Source of the DNA: Eledone cirrhosa
Lineage: Eukaryota
Direction of reading: 5' to 3'
Assembly (NCBI GenBank): GCA_964016885.1
Contig: OZ024750.1
Coordinates: 22,878,001-22,942,000 of the forward strand
DNA: 64,000 bases
Under the pieces are notes generated by a model that searched no databases, was not told the DNA's origin, and saw nothing but the letters and a program-made list of their open reading frames with translations. A program made the position numbers and the translations under genes. Positions 1-14,800 of the stretch are shown piece after piece. Numbering within the stretch: position 1 is the stretch's first letter; each line of letters begins with the position of its first letter.

Positions 1-320
1 AATATCACTGCCTACACAACACTACTACACTGTGTACATCACTGTAATTTCAATAACAAAACCTAGACAACACTGCCAAGCTATATCTCACTGTTATTTC
101 AACATCACAATCCACAATATACCAAACATCACTTCCATATTATACATTTCTGCACATATCATCATAATTTTCATTTTTCTTATTAGTTTACTTCCTGTTT
201 CAAAACTTTCATTTCAGTATTAAGGCTTGAAATATTAAATAAATACATTTTTCTCTCAGATTGAATTACCTTTTATTCTCTGTGATATAATGTTAACAAT
301 GTATTTTATTCTTGTTTCAG

Positions 321-445
321 CTTCTTGATGAAATGCTGGACAATGGCTTTCCATTGGCAGTAGAATCCAATGTTCTCAAGGAGCTGATTAAACCCCCCAA
401 CTTCCTGAGGACGATCACTGACACTGTCACTGGTAAATCTACTGG
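321..445 (+). CDS. AP3M1: AP3M exon ([42 protein letters not shown])
   Basis: tttcag acceptor at 320, gtatg donor at 446, ends in phase 2. Confidence 0.95.
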
Positions 446-3400
446 GTATGTATTATGACAGTTATTGAGATAAGGGCCAGGCTATCTTTACAGCATTATA
501 GGCAAAGCAATGCACTAGACCTCTACATATACAACCACAGCATACATAGATTAGCATTGGGCTCCTAGACCCAATGAACTCCCAGATAACTGCCCAGTGT
601 GCATTGGTTGAGACAATATACTTGATGATAGAGTGTTTTATTATTAATGAAGAAGAAGGTAGTGGATTGGCAGAGTTGTTTGAGCATTAGGCAAAATCTC
701 ACTGAGGTTTGGGTTATTTTCTAATAACAATTATAATTTGTTGTTTCTAACAGAGTCAGTGGAATACTGCCAACAGGACAGCTTTCTAACATTCCCTGGA
801 GAAGAACAGGTGTAAAATATACCAATAACGAGGCTTATTTTGATGTCATTGAGGAAATTGATGCCATTCTTGACAAATCAGGTGCAACAGTCTTTGCAGA
901 GATCCAAGGATATGTGAGTAAAATCTATATTTTAATGTTTTCTTCATCAATTAATTCAAATTCAGTAATGAAATCAACATTATCATTTAACACCCGTTTT
1001 CCTTGCTCGCAAGGGTTAGATGAGTCTTTACCAACTGAGTCAGTACTCAAGCAGAGCTACTAACCTCTCAGATGGACCAGAAGTCTATATCTCATTCCTG
1101 CACTTTACCTAGTTCATTTTATTGCATCACCAACATTAGGGAAGTTATGTCTTTGACACAGCTGAAGGGTCTTCCTGATCCTATGTTTGGCTGCTCTTCC
1201 TATCACCAACCACTTTACATGTTAAATATTTTATAGTCATGAAATCTCAAGTTATTTTCAAAGCCAGTATTGTAATACTTTCAGATTGACTGTCTCATTA
1301 AACTGAGTGGTATGCCTGACCTGACATTGTCATTCATGAATCCACGTCTATTAGATGATGTTAGTTTCCATCCATGTGTCCGTTTCAAGAGATGGGAAGT
1401 AAGTATATCATATTAATTTCTCTCTTCTCTCTTTCTTCTTTATTTATCACAATCTTCATTGGATACAGACATGGCTGTAAGTTTATGATGTTCGCTTTGC
1501 ACTCATGAAGTTCAGATTTGTTTTGACTGCTTGGCATCTTGGACAAGTGTATTTACCATAACCTCAGGTTGACTAAAGCTTTCTGAGTGAAATTGGGTGG
1601 ACAGGAACTGGATGGAAGCCTGTTAGTTGGATTGTATTCATATTTCAAAAGTCCAACATTGCCACATATTGTGTCACTGATTTGGTTTGGGAGGCTTTGA
1701 AGGCCCTGAAACCTAAATAAACACAGGGCCACTATTTTTCTAAACTAAGCATAAATAACTAAGGAAATATGAAAAATCCTTAATAAAAATGATCAAACTG
1801 CAGCACAGTCATGTTTTCAATATAATGTGTATACACACACACACACACACACACATATCTGTGTGTGTGACGTTAATGTATGTATATTTGATAATTTAAT
1901 GTTTTATTCCCTGTTATAGTTGTTAGATGATCTTTTTTTTTGTCCATTTCAGAGTGAACGTGTTCTGTCTTTTGTTCCTCCTGATGGTAACTTTCGTCTC
2001 ATCTCCTATCATATAGGAGCTCAAAAGTAAGGTTTATTATTTTCTTCTTGTTTGATTAAGGAAGTTGAATTTCTGTTCGGTTGACTACACTACCATAAAC
2101 AGTGACCATTCCATCTTTATTTATATTGGTTATGCTGTGCTGGGGGGTTCAGAAATAGTTATTAAGCATGACATGGTAGGTTTGAGGGGCTAAGCTGTTA
2201 AATTAACTCTTTCGTTTCTATATTTTTTCATGTAAGACACAGCCTATGATTTTCAAATCATTTTGAAAATAGTAAAAAGTACTTGGAGGGATTTAGCAAT
2301 ATAATCTTTTCATTATTAAGCTTGCCGAGGTTGACTTTGCCTTTCATCCTTACGGGGTCGATAAAATAAAGTACCAGTAATGCACTGGGTAATTGCTGGC
2401 CTTGTGCCTAAAGTAGAAACAATTATTAAGCTTGCATTTGAAACAGCTTAACAAAAGTTCTTAACATCAGTCATGGTGGAATGATTTTAGATAATTAAAA
2501 TAACAGTTCTGTATCAAGGGGCTATTTCAGGCATTTTGTTATCAAAAGGTTAAAGAAAAGGTTTCATGGTTCATATTCCATAGACGAAATAGTTTTCTGC
2601 TTTAATTATTTTCTATTAAAACCTGACTGTGTCTATCCAGTTTAGAATAGGTTCACTATACCTCTTTGTGTTGTGAGATGTGACTAAGCATTGCCTCAAA
2701 AATGCCCCCATAATGGGTATAATTAAAATTGTCATCTGGTCTACATAAATATTATAATTAAGTCTCATAGGGCCTATAAGGCTAACCCCTGCTTTAGAAT
2801 AAATGACATTAAAACCATATTTTCCCTAGAACATCAAAAGTGCTTGATTTTGCCTTTCAACTTTTATTTTTAATATTATCTGTAAATATTTACCTTGGGT
2901 TGTTTTAAATAAAAAGACACACTGAAAGATTAATATATATGGCTTAGTGGTTAGAGCAATGGAGGCACATGGCTTAGTGGTTAGAGCATTGGCCTTGCAA
3001 TCGAAAGGTTGTGAGTTCAATTCTCAGACTGGGTGATGTGTTGTTTCCTTGAGCAAGACACTTTATTTCACATTGCTCCAGTTTACTCAGCTGTAGAAAT
3101 GAGATGATAGGGACTGGGGTCCCTATCATTCCACTGCAAAGTGGTCGTGGAGGTGCCACAGCAAAAAAGCACCCAGCACTCACTGTAAATGAGGTTGGTG
3201 TTAGGAAGGGCATCCAGCTGCAGAAATCAAGCCAGAATCAGTTCCCGTCCCACCCTTGCAAGCAGGGAAAAGCGGACATAAAATGAAATGATGATGATGA
3301 TGATGATATATCTAAAACAGAGAATGTTTGTCTGTCTGTCTGACTCCCTAAAACTTGAGAACCACCCAACCGATTTTTTTCATATTTTACTCATGTAATA

Positions 3401-3615
3401 CTCATGGCCATGTGAGTGTTTTGAGCAAAACATATTTCAAATTTTCAATTCCCTAGGGACCGCATTAGGCGATTTAGCGATCTCTCTCTATAATTCTTAG
3501 TCTTTCTTTTTAGATATAACGTTGTGCCCTTATAATATCTGTCTGTATGTCTGGCTGTCTGCATTACGACATTATGACACTATCTGTGTGTTTGTGTATA
3601 TATGTATATATAGTG

Positions 3616-3650
<35 letters not shown>

Positions 3651-3763
3651 TGTAACGTTTTTCGAAATATTTACTTCTGCGTTCACAGATTGCTTTTTTT
3701 AAATTTCAGAAGATCCTTTTAAGGGTGAAAGCAGCGATTCTTCGCTTAAACTTTAATCTGTTA

Positions 3764-3821
<58 letters not shown>

Positions 3822-6800
3822 TATATTCGTGTACAGATATTTTTGCATACACAATAACAAAATATAAACAAACGTATTTATTTCACGAGGCTCGATAAGG
3901 ACAAGACTGTGTTAGTAGTACGACCAACGGCCGCTATCGCACCAAAAGCGCAGCAAAAACAACAACAAAAAAGAGAGGGAACGCAATTACATGCTTTTGA
4001 AAAATCTTGATGGAAAATTATTTGCCTATTCACCCAAGGCGACTTCACTTTTTATTAGGACTTCTGCATCAATTGGTCAACATACGACGAAACTGTTTCA
4101 GAAAGGAGGGATAAACATGCCAATCTATGTTTAGAATCCCGAACAACGCCGGGCCATTCTGCTAGTATTAACTAAAAGAATATTTGATGTATGCATGTAT
4201 GTATAGGCCAATGGTAACAGCATGAACTAGCCAGTGAAAGGTTGTCACATTCTATGTTCACTCATTCTGCCTCTCTACCTTATAATAATGATAAATAAAT
4301 AACCAACCTTTAGGTTCCAATGTTCCCCATCACATCACTATTCTATAGGATAGGAATATGGTAATTTTAATTGTATTGAAACTAATTTCAGTGAAGGCAT
4401 TCTACTATACTAAGGTATTAGCAGTCATAAGAGCATTGCAATATTTGTTCTGGCCCTCTGGCTCTCTGAGTTCAAATCTCATCAAGACCCAATATCCTTT
4501 TGGAGTTGATAAATAAATCGCTAACCAACCCAGAACTGGGTTTGATTCCTCCCCACTCTCTCCCTCTAGGGTATGTGGAGAGGGTATGTAGAAGTGTGTA
4601 GAGAAAGTACATAGAGAAGTGTGTGGAGAGAAGGTGTTCATGATATGTGCAGTGGTCATGTCTTGGTGCTGTTGAATGATATGAGGTTACCATTGCAGGA
4701 TGTTTTTTGTTGGGTATTGGTGTGGCTGTGTGGATAAGAGGTTTGCTTCACAATTCTATGGTTTGATCTCACTGTATGGCACCTTAAGCAATTGTCTTCT
4801 ATTATAGCCTTCGATTAATACAAACCTTATGAATACATTTGGGTAGAGGGAACCTGTCTGGGAGCCAGTTGGTTGTATCTGTTCACCTGTTCCTGGATGG
4901 TGTTCTTAACCAGTTGCCTAGTTTACCACTAATGCCTTCACTACTTCACTACCACCACAATCATATGGTTCTTGGGTGCTTCTGGTTTGAGAACATCAAA
5001 ATCTTTCTCTCAGTAGTCTCACAGGCCCTGCGTAATATCATAGTTACTTTCCTCCTTTGACTAAGCCTTAAGAGAGAATAAAATGGTTTTAGTAGGATTT
5101 AAATGCGAGAACCAACCTACCATTGTATATTTAAATGGGATAGCCATTCAACACATAGCTTTATCCCTTTCATTATTGAATTTCTAATGAAAAACACAGT
5201 CTATGATTTTCAGATCCTTTTGAAAATAATCAAGAATTTGGATGGATTTAGTAATATAACTCTCATTCTCATTATTAAGCTGTTGTTTGAAGTATAACTT
5301 AACCAGGGTTCTCACATAAAATGATAATGGAAGGGTTTTCAGATAAATATAAATACTTAAAAATAAATGGTTTTATATCATAAAAGCAAGGGCAGTTTGG
5401 TAACAAAAGTGTGAACCCTTTACCATTTACATTTGTAAATACTATTGTATTTTTACATTAAACACTTTATCTCACATAATTACCTGACACAATATCGAAT
5501 CTATGAGATTTTGACATTATTTATTTTGAGAACAATACCTTAACATCAGTATAAGCAGCCAGTTACAGCCAGTTTGAAGAGAAAAAAGGTTAAAGTTTGA
5601 ACAAGTTGAACATATATTTTTATACTTTAGGCACCTTATGTATGGACATTTTAACAAATTATATTAACCTTGCTTATCTTATCTTACAAACAACTAATAA
5701 CATAACTGAAACTTTTAATCCTTAACCGTAACTGTTAAACTTTAAACTAACATAATAAACTATCTAGTTACTAATATGGTATGTATTAATATATCATATT
5801 AGTATTATTATCGTTATTTTATCTCTTTTTATGGGGTAGATCGTTACAGAGCTACTGTTCTAGTCAGGCCTGGGGCCATGTTTTGATTACATTCATTCAG
5901 GTTTTGGCATGGTTTCTATAACTAGATGCTCTTCATAATAACAATCATTTTACAGAGTGTACTGGGTGCTTTTATCACTAGAGAGGTTGACGTGTTCTTG
6001 ATGTGACTAAGTAGTACTCTCAATCCTTATTATTAAGTGATTAGAAATTTATGAACCCAAACAAGACCAAACAATACCAAACAATACCAATTGATATGAG
6101 CCAATGAGAAGCCCTCTGTGCTTGTGACAGGAGACCACCTGTGAAAACTATATTTTAAATGAGATTTCATCTAAGATTCAATAGTTGGAGCTAGTTCAAT
6201 TCATCCTGGGTGACACACTGAAACACACACACACACACACACATGGGACTAACTTGTGTTGTTAGAAGTGACTGCCAAAGCTTCCTCAAATCATACTTTA
6301 CTGTCTTAAAAAAATAGTACACATTGGACAATGTAGTCCTTGATATATAAAAAAAGATGGGATGGTCACAACTGGAATGCTTTTGATCTTAGGTCTGCTC
6401 ATTTAGGACTGATCTATGATCACTGCTAAACAGCACTACCAACAATACTAATTAAAACTACTGTATTTAATGGCATATAAGACTCCTAGACATATGGTAC
6501 TACACTGTCCATTTCAGCATGCAATATTAAGAAAAAACTTTTTGTGTATATATGTGTTAGCTTTATCCATGGCAAATTTTTATGGCTGGATGTCCTTCCT
6601 GATATCAACTCATACTTTTCAGTATAGTAGAGATTCACTGACTTAACCCTTTAGCATTTAAACCGGCCATATCCGGCCAGAATTCTCTTACCTCTTTCTG
6701 TCCAAACCGGCTGTAACCAGCCGCTCATATTGATCTTAAGGTATTGTTCTCAAAATAAATAATATCAAAATCTCATAGATTTGATACTATGTGAGGTAAA

Positions 6801-8683
6801 ACCTTTACCACAAACATATAATAGTAAATATAGAGTAATGTAAATGCTAAAGGGTTAACAGTGTTTTGGGGTGAAGACATACACTTACACACTTATACAT
6901 ACAACCGAAGAGCTTTCACAAAATCTTCATCTACCAAATTCACTTAAAAGCCATTGGTTGGTCCAAGGCTACATGTAGTGGACTGAACCTGAAGCCACAT
7001 GCTTTGTAAGTGAACTTCTAAACCGCACAACCCTGATTGCTAAGCATTTAACATTATTGATACCTCGCCGAGGTTAACTTTGCCTTTCATCCTTACGGGG
7101 TCGATAAAATAAAGTACCAGTAATGTACTGGGTAATTTCTGGCCTTGTGCCAATAGTAGAAACAATTATTGATACCTCAGCTTTACATATAAGACCTGGG
7201 GGATATTCTTTTAGCCACCATTTGGAAAGAAAAGGGAGTCTTGTATGCCACTAAATACTGTAATTAAACATTTTTATAATTATTTCTTCAAAATAAATTT
7301 CTCATGTGCCTATCTCTGTTAATGAAAGTTGCATGTATATGTGAGAAAGTTGTTGCACTTAATATTATCTTGGTTCTTTGCAGATTAAATAGTAGACTGT
7401 GGTAAGTGCACTGTTCTGACTAACCCAAAGGACCAGTTTTTACTGGCTTAACTACAGTTTAGTGTGTCCACCCCCACCAACACCTGATGTTTTTTTCTCA
7501 TAGCTTTCTTAATAATGCATATTTTAAAATGAAATTTTGCACAGATACATTTTTTTAATGTGTAGATTAATGATTCTGTTGAAATTCAAAAGAGATTAAT
7601 TTTTCTTTTTTTGCAACACATTTCTATAAGAAATAACATTACATGTATGAAATTATTCCGATTAATATCATTAACTATCAACATGGAATCGGATTGCCTG
7701 ATGAACAAATTTTCGAGTTTCTGTTTAGCATCTACAAACACAAATTAAAAAAGAAATATTCAGTAAATGAAAGCATTAATGAAAGAAACTATACACAATA
7801 ATGAAATCATTACAAAAAAAAAAAAAAAAAAAATAGAATAATTTTCTCAAGATAATTGTTGTGTACATCATTGAGAATGTATTTCTGCGAATTTTCATTA
7901 GAAAATATGCATTATTAAAACAATTATGAGGAAACAAAATCAGTGGTTGTCATTAAACTGTAGTTATGCCTTTTTTACTAACAGAAACAAAGTCTTGCGC
8001 TGCTTGTTGCACACAAGCAAATTTTGCTTCTTTATTACTTCATTATCTGCACCATTGTCTGTTGCTATCCTTTTTGTTAATTAATAAAACCAATTATTTT
8101 TAGAGACTCATAAGTTCTAGCCTTATCTTTTATCCTTTTCATCTTTCCTGTCATAAAGAAAATGCATTCTCAATAGAAATTCCTTATCAAATATTTATGA
8201 TAATTATTTATAGATTTTGGAGTTGTATCTGTTTAGCAAGTGACTTGATCTGAGATAGTGTGTTGAAATTGAAACGGTTACATCATGGAAAAGCCATGAA
8301 ATAGCCATTTAACATTTCCCTTGCAATGTTTCTAATGAAAGATATTGCCTTTGATTATCAAATAATTTTGAAAGTAATCAAGAATTTGAATGGATTTAGC
8401 AATATAAGTAACTTTTTCTATATTTATGTGGTGTTTGGAACATAACTAAGGTACTTGGAAGATTTTATAAAATAAATATAAACAATTTTATACACAGTTT
8501 TATATTATAGAACCAGGGGCAGTTTCTGGAAGTTTGGTATAAAAAGGATAAAAACACACAACTCCCACCCCCAACTATTATATTATTCAATGATATACAC
8601 AGGTGAGAGATCTATGTATATCTGTGAATGTATATTTGTGTATGTATATATATACACACATGCACAAATGTATATATTTATAT

Positions 8684-8740
<57 letters not shown>

Positions 8741-11700
8741 TACATATATATAAACACACATATATATATATATACATACATATATATATATATATATATG
8801 TAAATATATATTGAATATATGATACATATATTCAATACAGATTCTGTCTAATAAATTACACTATAAAAGTATTGATCAAGCTGAGGCTACAGTTATCAAA
8901 TTACTACTTAGTGAGATTGAACCAAGAACCATGTGGTTGCAAAGCAAGCTTCTTAACCACACAGCCATGCCTGCAGCTAAACAACAACAACCACCACAAC
9001 GAACCATTAAGCTTTTGTATTGGCTGACATTTCATTGTCTTTAAAAACATTGTTAAAAATTTGCAATAAAAACCATTTCCTCTATTTCTTTTACAACAGT
9101 TATCGACATTAAATCTCTCTCTCTCTCTCCTTTTCTCCACTAATCTCTCTGTCTTGTTCATATTTTTCTCATACTAATATATTTGTCCACTAATTGTTTG
9201 ATGAGATATGATATGTAACTAATAAAGCTGCAGTTGTTTTCTTTAATCACTGGCTAGATACTAATATAAAATGGTAGAACCCAGGAGGAAAACCTTCTCA
9301 TACTTCTTCATCTTCTTTTACTGCTTCCTCTTACCAATGCTAGAATATTCCCTCAGTACTTTATTTTTCTTTGCTTAGATTTCTCCTGGCTTCCAATAGA
9401 ACCTAGTGTTCTATAATCTTAAATAATAATAATGAAATTATTGTGTAAAGTGCTCAGGTGCACTACAACTCGTCAATATAGTACATAGAATAATACACAA
9501 ATGCCAGGGAAGTACATGTTTGTATGTGTTAGCTGTAGTGTTGGCGGATCTCGGGAAGCATGGAGGCCTTAAAGGATGCAGTGTCTCGACAGCTAACAAC
9601 TGATGCAGGTAGTTTGTTCCATGCTTCAGCAACTCTGAGCGTGAAAAAATGTTTCCGAAAGTCATGGGAACTGTGCTGTTTTCTTACTTTGTGGGCATGT
9701 CCATGTGTGTTAGACACATGGAAATCGAAAAGGCACTCAGGGTTGTTGTTGGCAACATGGTTAACAATTTTGTCTTCTGTAGGACTATAATAGAACTTGG
9801 CCATTCTTTTATATTAGTGTAAATGCTGCTTAGTGCAACTGGAAGCAGTGATACTGTTGGAAAAGTGTCAAATTCGGTACCCTTTCTCCAGTCTTTGGTC
9901 TTTTGCCATTGCTTTTAAAGTAGTAGTTGTCAATTGTTTCTTGTGATGATAAAATAATATGGCACAGTTAGCCAAGCATATAATATTGAATGAATAGAAG
10001 TAAATATACACACACATGTACACCAGGTTCGAACACAGAGGGGCTGAACTCCCACTGTCATTGCCTCCGTCTCTCTCACCCTCCCCGTCTCTCACTATTA
10101 TGAGCAAATTGACAGCTGATGAAGGAATGTCCTGCAGTTTAAGCTGTATGTCAAATAATATAGTATTTTATAATATTCCAGTAGACTATAATGCCAATGT
10201 ATTCTATAGTATTCTAATAATATAATATTTTATAGTATGTCAATAGAATGTAGTGTTCTATAACATTTTATAATATTCCAATAGAATATAGTAATATATA
10301 GTATGTCAATGTATTCTATAGTATTCCAATACTATAATATTTTACAGTATGTTGATAGAATGTAGTGTTCTGTATCATTTTATAGTATGCCAATAAAATA
10401 TATTATACAGTATGCTAATAATATGTAGTATTCTGTAGTTATCCAATAATTTAGTATTTTATGATATGTTAATAATATATATTCCAGAGATGTACTTGTT
10501 GGCAAGTAACTTGGTTTGAGACTGTCTGTTGAAACTGAAACAATTATGTCATGGTAGAGATGTTTTAGCCATTAAAAAAAATACTCAAAAACTGTTAAAT
10601 TATTTATTTCTGGGTGTCAAAATTTTCATCATACTTGTTGTGACATGGTCACTGACACAGTTGCAGTGGAATGAAGTAGAATTGTCAGTGACCAGGTCGC
10701 ATCAAGTGTGATAATAATTTTGACATCAAGAAATAAATGATAAATATAAAATGAATATAACAGTTTTTGTATGTTTCCATAATGTAGTTTCTATAGACTG
10801 TAGTATTCTAGACATTTCTGTTCAGTTTTAGTGTTTGTTGTAATAAGTGATTAATAGATTACATTGCTTGGTTTTTTCATAGTTAGATTTCAAATAATGT
10901 TTTGTCGTTTGTTTAGAAATTAGAAATGTCTTCTCAACATGTGTTTTTACTCTTTTACCTATTCCAGCCTATATGCTGAGGCACCATTTTCCATGTTCAG
11001 ATTTTTTCAATACATTTCTCTTCTCTGTCTCTTCCTACTTTATCATGATCCCTTTTTTGTTGTCCCCTCCAGACATTCTTCTTATTTGATCACATTCTTA
11101 TCTCCTTGTTTTTCTTCTAAATTTTGTTTTCTTTTGTTAAAATCTGTGGTTCCCAACCTGTGGTCCACAGAATTAGTATTGGGGGTCTATTTGAAATTTC
11201 GAAGCCCCTTTTCTTTTAAATAAAATATACACATGCTATTGCATATCCAATTCTTCTCTAAGTATAAAACATTTCTCTCTTTTGATTGTTATTATCACTG
11301 TATAACAATCTAAAGTCAACTTTACTATTCATTCTTTCAGGGTTGACAAATAAACTACAACTACCTGTCCAGGGGGAAGTAGATTGGTAGGATTGTTAAA
11401 GTATTAGATAGGATGCCTAGTGCTGTCTGTTCTGGCTCTATGCATTCTGAGTTCAAATTCTACCTTCTGTTACTGGAAAAAATAGAGACGCCTCTGCCAG
11501 GAGTTGTGATTAACCCTTTAGCATTTAAATCAGCTGTGTATGGCCAGAATTCCCTCACCTCTTTCTGGCCATAACTTGCTACTCATACTGATGTTAATGT
11601 ATTGTTCTCAAAATAAATAATATCAAAATCTCATAAATTCGATATTAAATGAGATAATTATGTGAGGTAAACCCTTTACCGTGAAAATATAATAGTAAAT

Positions 11701-11806
11701 ATAGAGTAATGTAACTACTAAAGGGTTAACAGACAGTATCAGTAATGGGAAAAACCTATTCAAACATAGTTTCCTTGGTCTGAGCTGACTACAATTTTCT
11801 GCTATG

Positions 11807-11855
<49 letters not shown>

Positions 11856-14800
11856 GATCATCATCAAAATATATACATTCAACAGGCTTCTGTCCATTTT
11901 CTGTCTGCCAGATTTCACTAAAAGTTTTAGTTGACCTTGAGGTTATACTGAAAGACATTCTCCCAAGGAGCCATTACTTGTAGCAGTTATGAAGGCGCAT
12001 GGCTTAGTGGTAGAGCGTCGGGCTTACAATCGTGAGGTTGTGAGTTCAATTCTCAGACTGAGCTTTGCGTTGTGTCCTTGAGCAAGACACTTTATTTCAC
12101 ATCGCTCCAGTTTATTCATCTATAGAAATGAGTTGTGACGTCACTGGTGCCAAGTTGTATTGGCCATTGCCTTTCCATTGGACAACATTGGTGGTGTGGA
12201 GAGGGGAGACTGGTATGCATGGGCGATTGCTGGTCTTCCACAATCAACCTTGCCCGGACTTGCGCCTCGGAAGGGAAACTTTCTAGGTGCAAATTCCATG
12301 GTCTTTTGTGACCCAAAGGGGGTCTTTACTGCGTTTCCTAATCAGTCATCCATCTTAGAACTAACCAGACTCAACATTGCTTAACTTTGATGATTGTGCT
12401 GAAAACTGGTTCTCATCCAATGTATTTGTAAACTAAATATATAATTTTCTGGAACAATCTGTACTCAGTCCATTCTATACAGTGGTAGTGCTGGTACCAC
12501 AATAAAGGCAGTAGGCATCAGGAAGGTCATCCTGTCACAGAAACCATGCCAAATATGGATCATATAAACAAGATGAGGTTGCTCCTACTTGTCTGGTCTT
12601 GGACTGTGATAACCCATCCAACCCATGGAAAGAGGATGTAAAATGATGAGGATAATGATGATGTTCTCATTCTATGAAAGTCATATTTTGAGAGTGGAAA
12701 GGATCAGGTTTTGAGTTTTTTTTTGTTCAGAAAATGTTTTTTTCTTTTTAAAGACAAAATCTTTGATTTGTTTATTTTTCAGTATGGTAGCTATTCCCAT
12801 CTATGTACGACACACAATATCATTTCGAGAAGGTGCTGCTGGACGCTTTGATGTAACTATCGGACCAAAACAAGCCATGGGAAAAACAGTGAGTCTTAGG
12901 TTTATAGAATTATTAAATAATTATTAAAAACTGTTGTCTATCATCATCATCATTACCACCACCATTGCCACTAACACCGCCATCATCATTACCACCATCA
13001 CTCCTTATCGCCCTTTTATCATAACTATTACTTTCTCAGCCTTTATAGTAACCCCAAATCTGACTATATTATATAATATACTACTATATATACTATATAT
13101 ACTATGTGATAGTACACTATATACCTGGTCATATAACACATATTAATATTCAAATTCTCATTTCAGATTGAAAATGTTGTAGTTGAAGTTTTATTCCCCA
13201 AATCAATTCTAAATGTTACCCTAACACCAAACCAAGGCAAATATTCATTTGACCCTGTTACTAAGCTGATGACCTGGGATGTGGGCAAAATTGACCCAAC
13301 TAAACTGCCAAATATTAAAGGAACGGTAAGTAATTGTTTATGTACAAACTGACCTACAATTTTTACATTGAATAATAATAATAATAATGAAATTATTGTG
13401 TACAGGTGCACTACAACTCGTCAAAGGTGCATGTATAGTACATAGAATAAAATACATATGTCACATGTTATTCCTTTATAAGTGCCTCTACATAAAATAT
13501 TGCTATAAAGTCATGTGGCCTACTGGTTAGGGTACTGGGCTTACAATTGTAATTTGGATTTAATTCCTAGACCAGATGGTGCATTGTAGTTTTGAGCATA
13601 ACATTTCAATTCAGTTGAAAAAATGAGTAGCTGGGTGTTAATCCTGCCATGGAATGGTGTTCTGTCCAAGAGGGAGTCTTGTATTCTCAGTCATTTAATA
13701 GGATGAGCCCTGGCCTATTGAGTCTCTGGGCTTGGTTTAGCCTTTAACTGTTACTTTTTAATATGAGGTAATCACACAGGGTAACAAGACTCCAACACCA
13801 CATATTCTCTCAGGGTACCAGTGCAGCAATACTACAAGAGGTATTCACATGGTATCAACATACCAATACTACATGAGGTATTCACACAGGGTACCAACAC
13901 ACCAATACCACATGGAAAGTCACACAGGGTACCAACCCACCAATACCACATGAGGCTGTCACACAGGGTACTAACATACCAATACCACATGGGAAGTCAT
14001 GCAGGGTACTATCATACCAATACCACATGAGGCAGTCACACAGGGTACTAACATTTCAATACCACATGAGGCAGTCACACGGGGTAACACACCAATACCA
14101 CATGAGGCAGTCACACAGGGTACTAACATACCAATACCACATGAGGCAGTCACACAGGGTACTAACATACCAATACCACATGAGGCAGTCACACAGGGTA
14201 ACAACATACCAATACCACATGAAGCAGTCACACAGGGTACTAACATACCAATACCACATGAGACAGTCACACAGGGTACTAACATACCAATACCACATGA
14301 GGCAGTCACACAAGGTAACAACACACCAATACCACATGAGGCAGTCACACAAGATAACATACCAATACCACATGAAGCAGTCACACAGGGTACCAACATA
14401 CCAATACCACATGAGACAGTCACACAGGGTACTAACATACCAATACCACATGAGACAGTCATACAGGGTAACAACACACCAATACCACATGAGGCAGTCA
14501 CACAGGGTACTAACATACCAATACCACATGAGACAGTCATACAGGGTAACAACACACCAATACCACATGAGACAGTCACAGTGTAACAACACACCAATAC
14601 CACATGAGACAGTCACAGTGTAACAACATATACAGACAAATATCTACACAATTCTCAACAATGATCATAATATTTAGTCAGTAATTTTTCAATTTTATAT
14701 TGTTCATAACAGACCATAAATTAATTTCAAAGTTCAATATATTGACTATAATTACATATCTCAGATCAACTCCCTTATCCCTCCTCAACATATAACTTTG

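Noticed and set aside
10108-10155. CTGATGA hammerhead-like start
   Set aside because: The GAAA half of the core is missing; at most a decayed remnant.
11994-12070. tRNA-like sequence
   Set aside because: The A/B boxes run directly into a SINE body and the acceptor stem does not close; it is a SINE head, not a tRNA gene.
13971-14623. About 200-aa repetitive ORFs or a CRISPR-like array
   Set aside because: 39-bp head-to-tail minisatellite inside an AP3M intron; no unique spacers, no cas genes, eukaryotic context.
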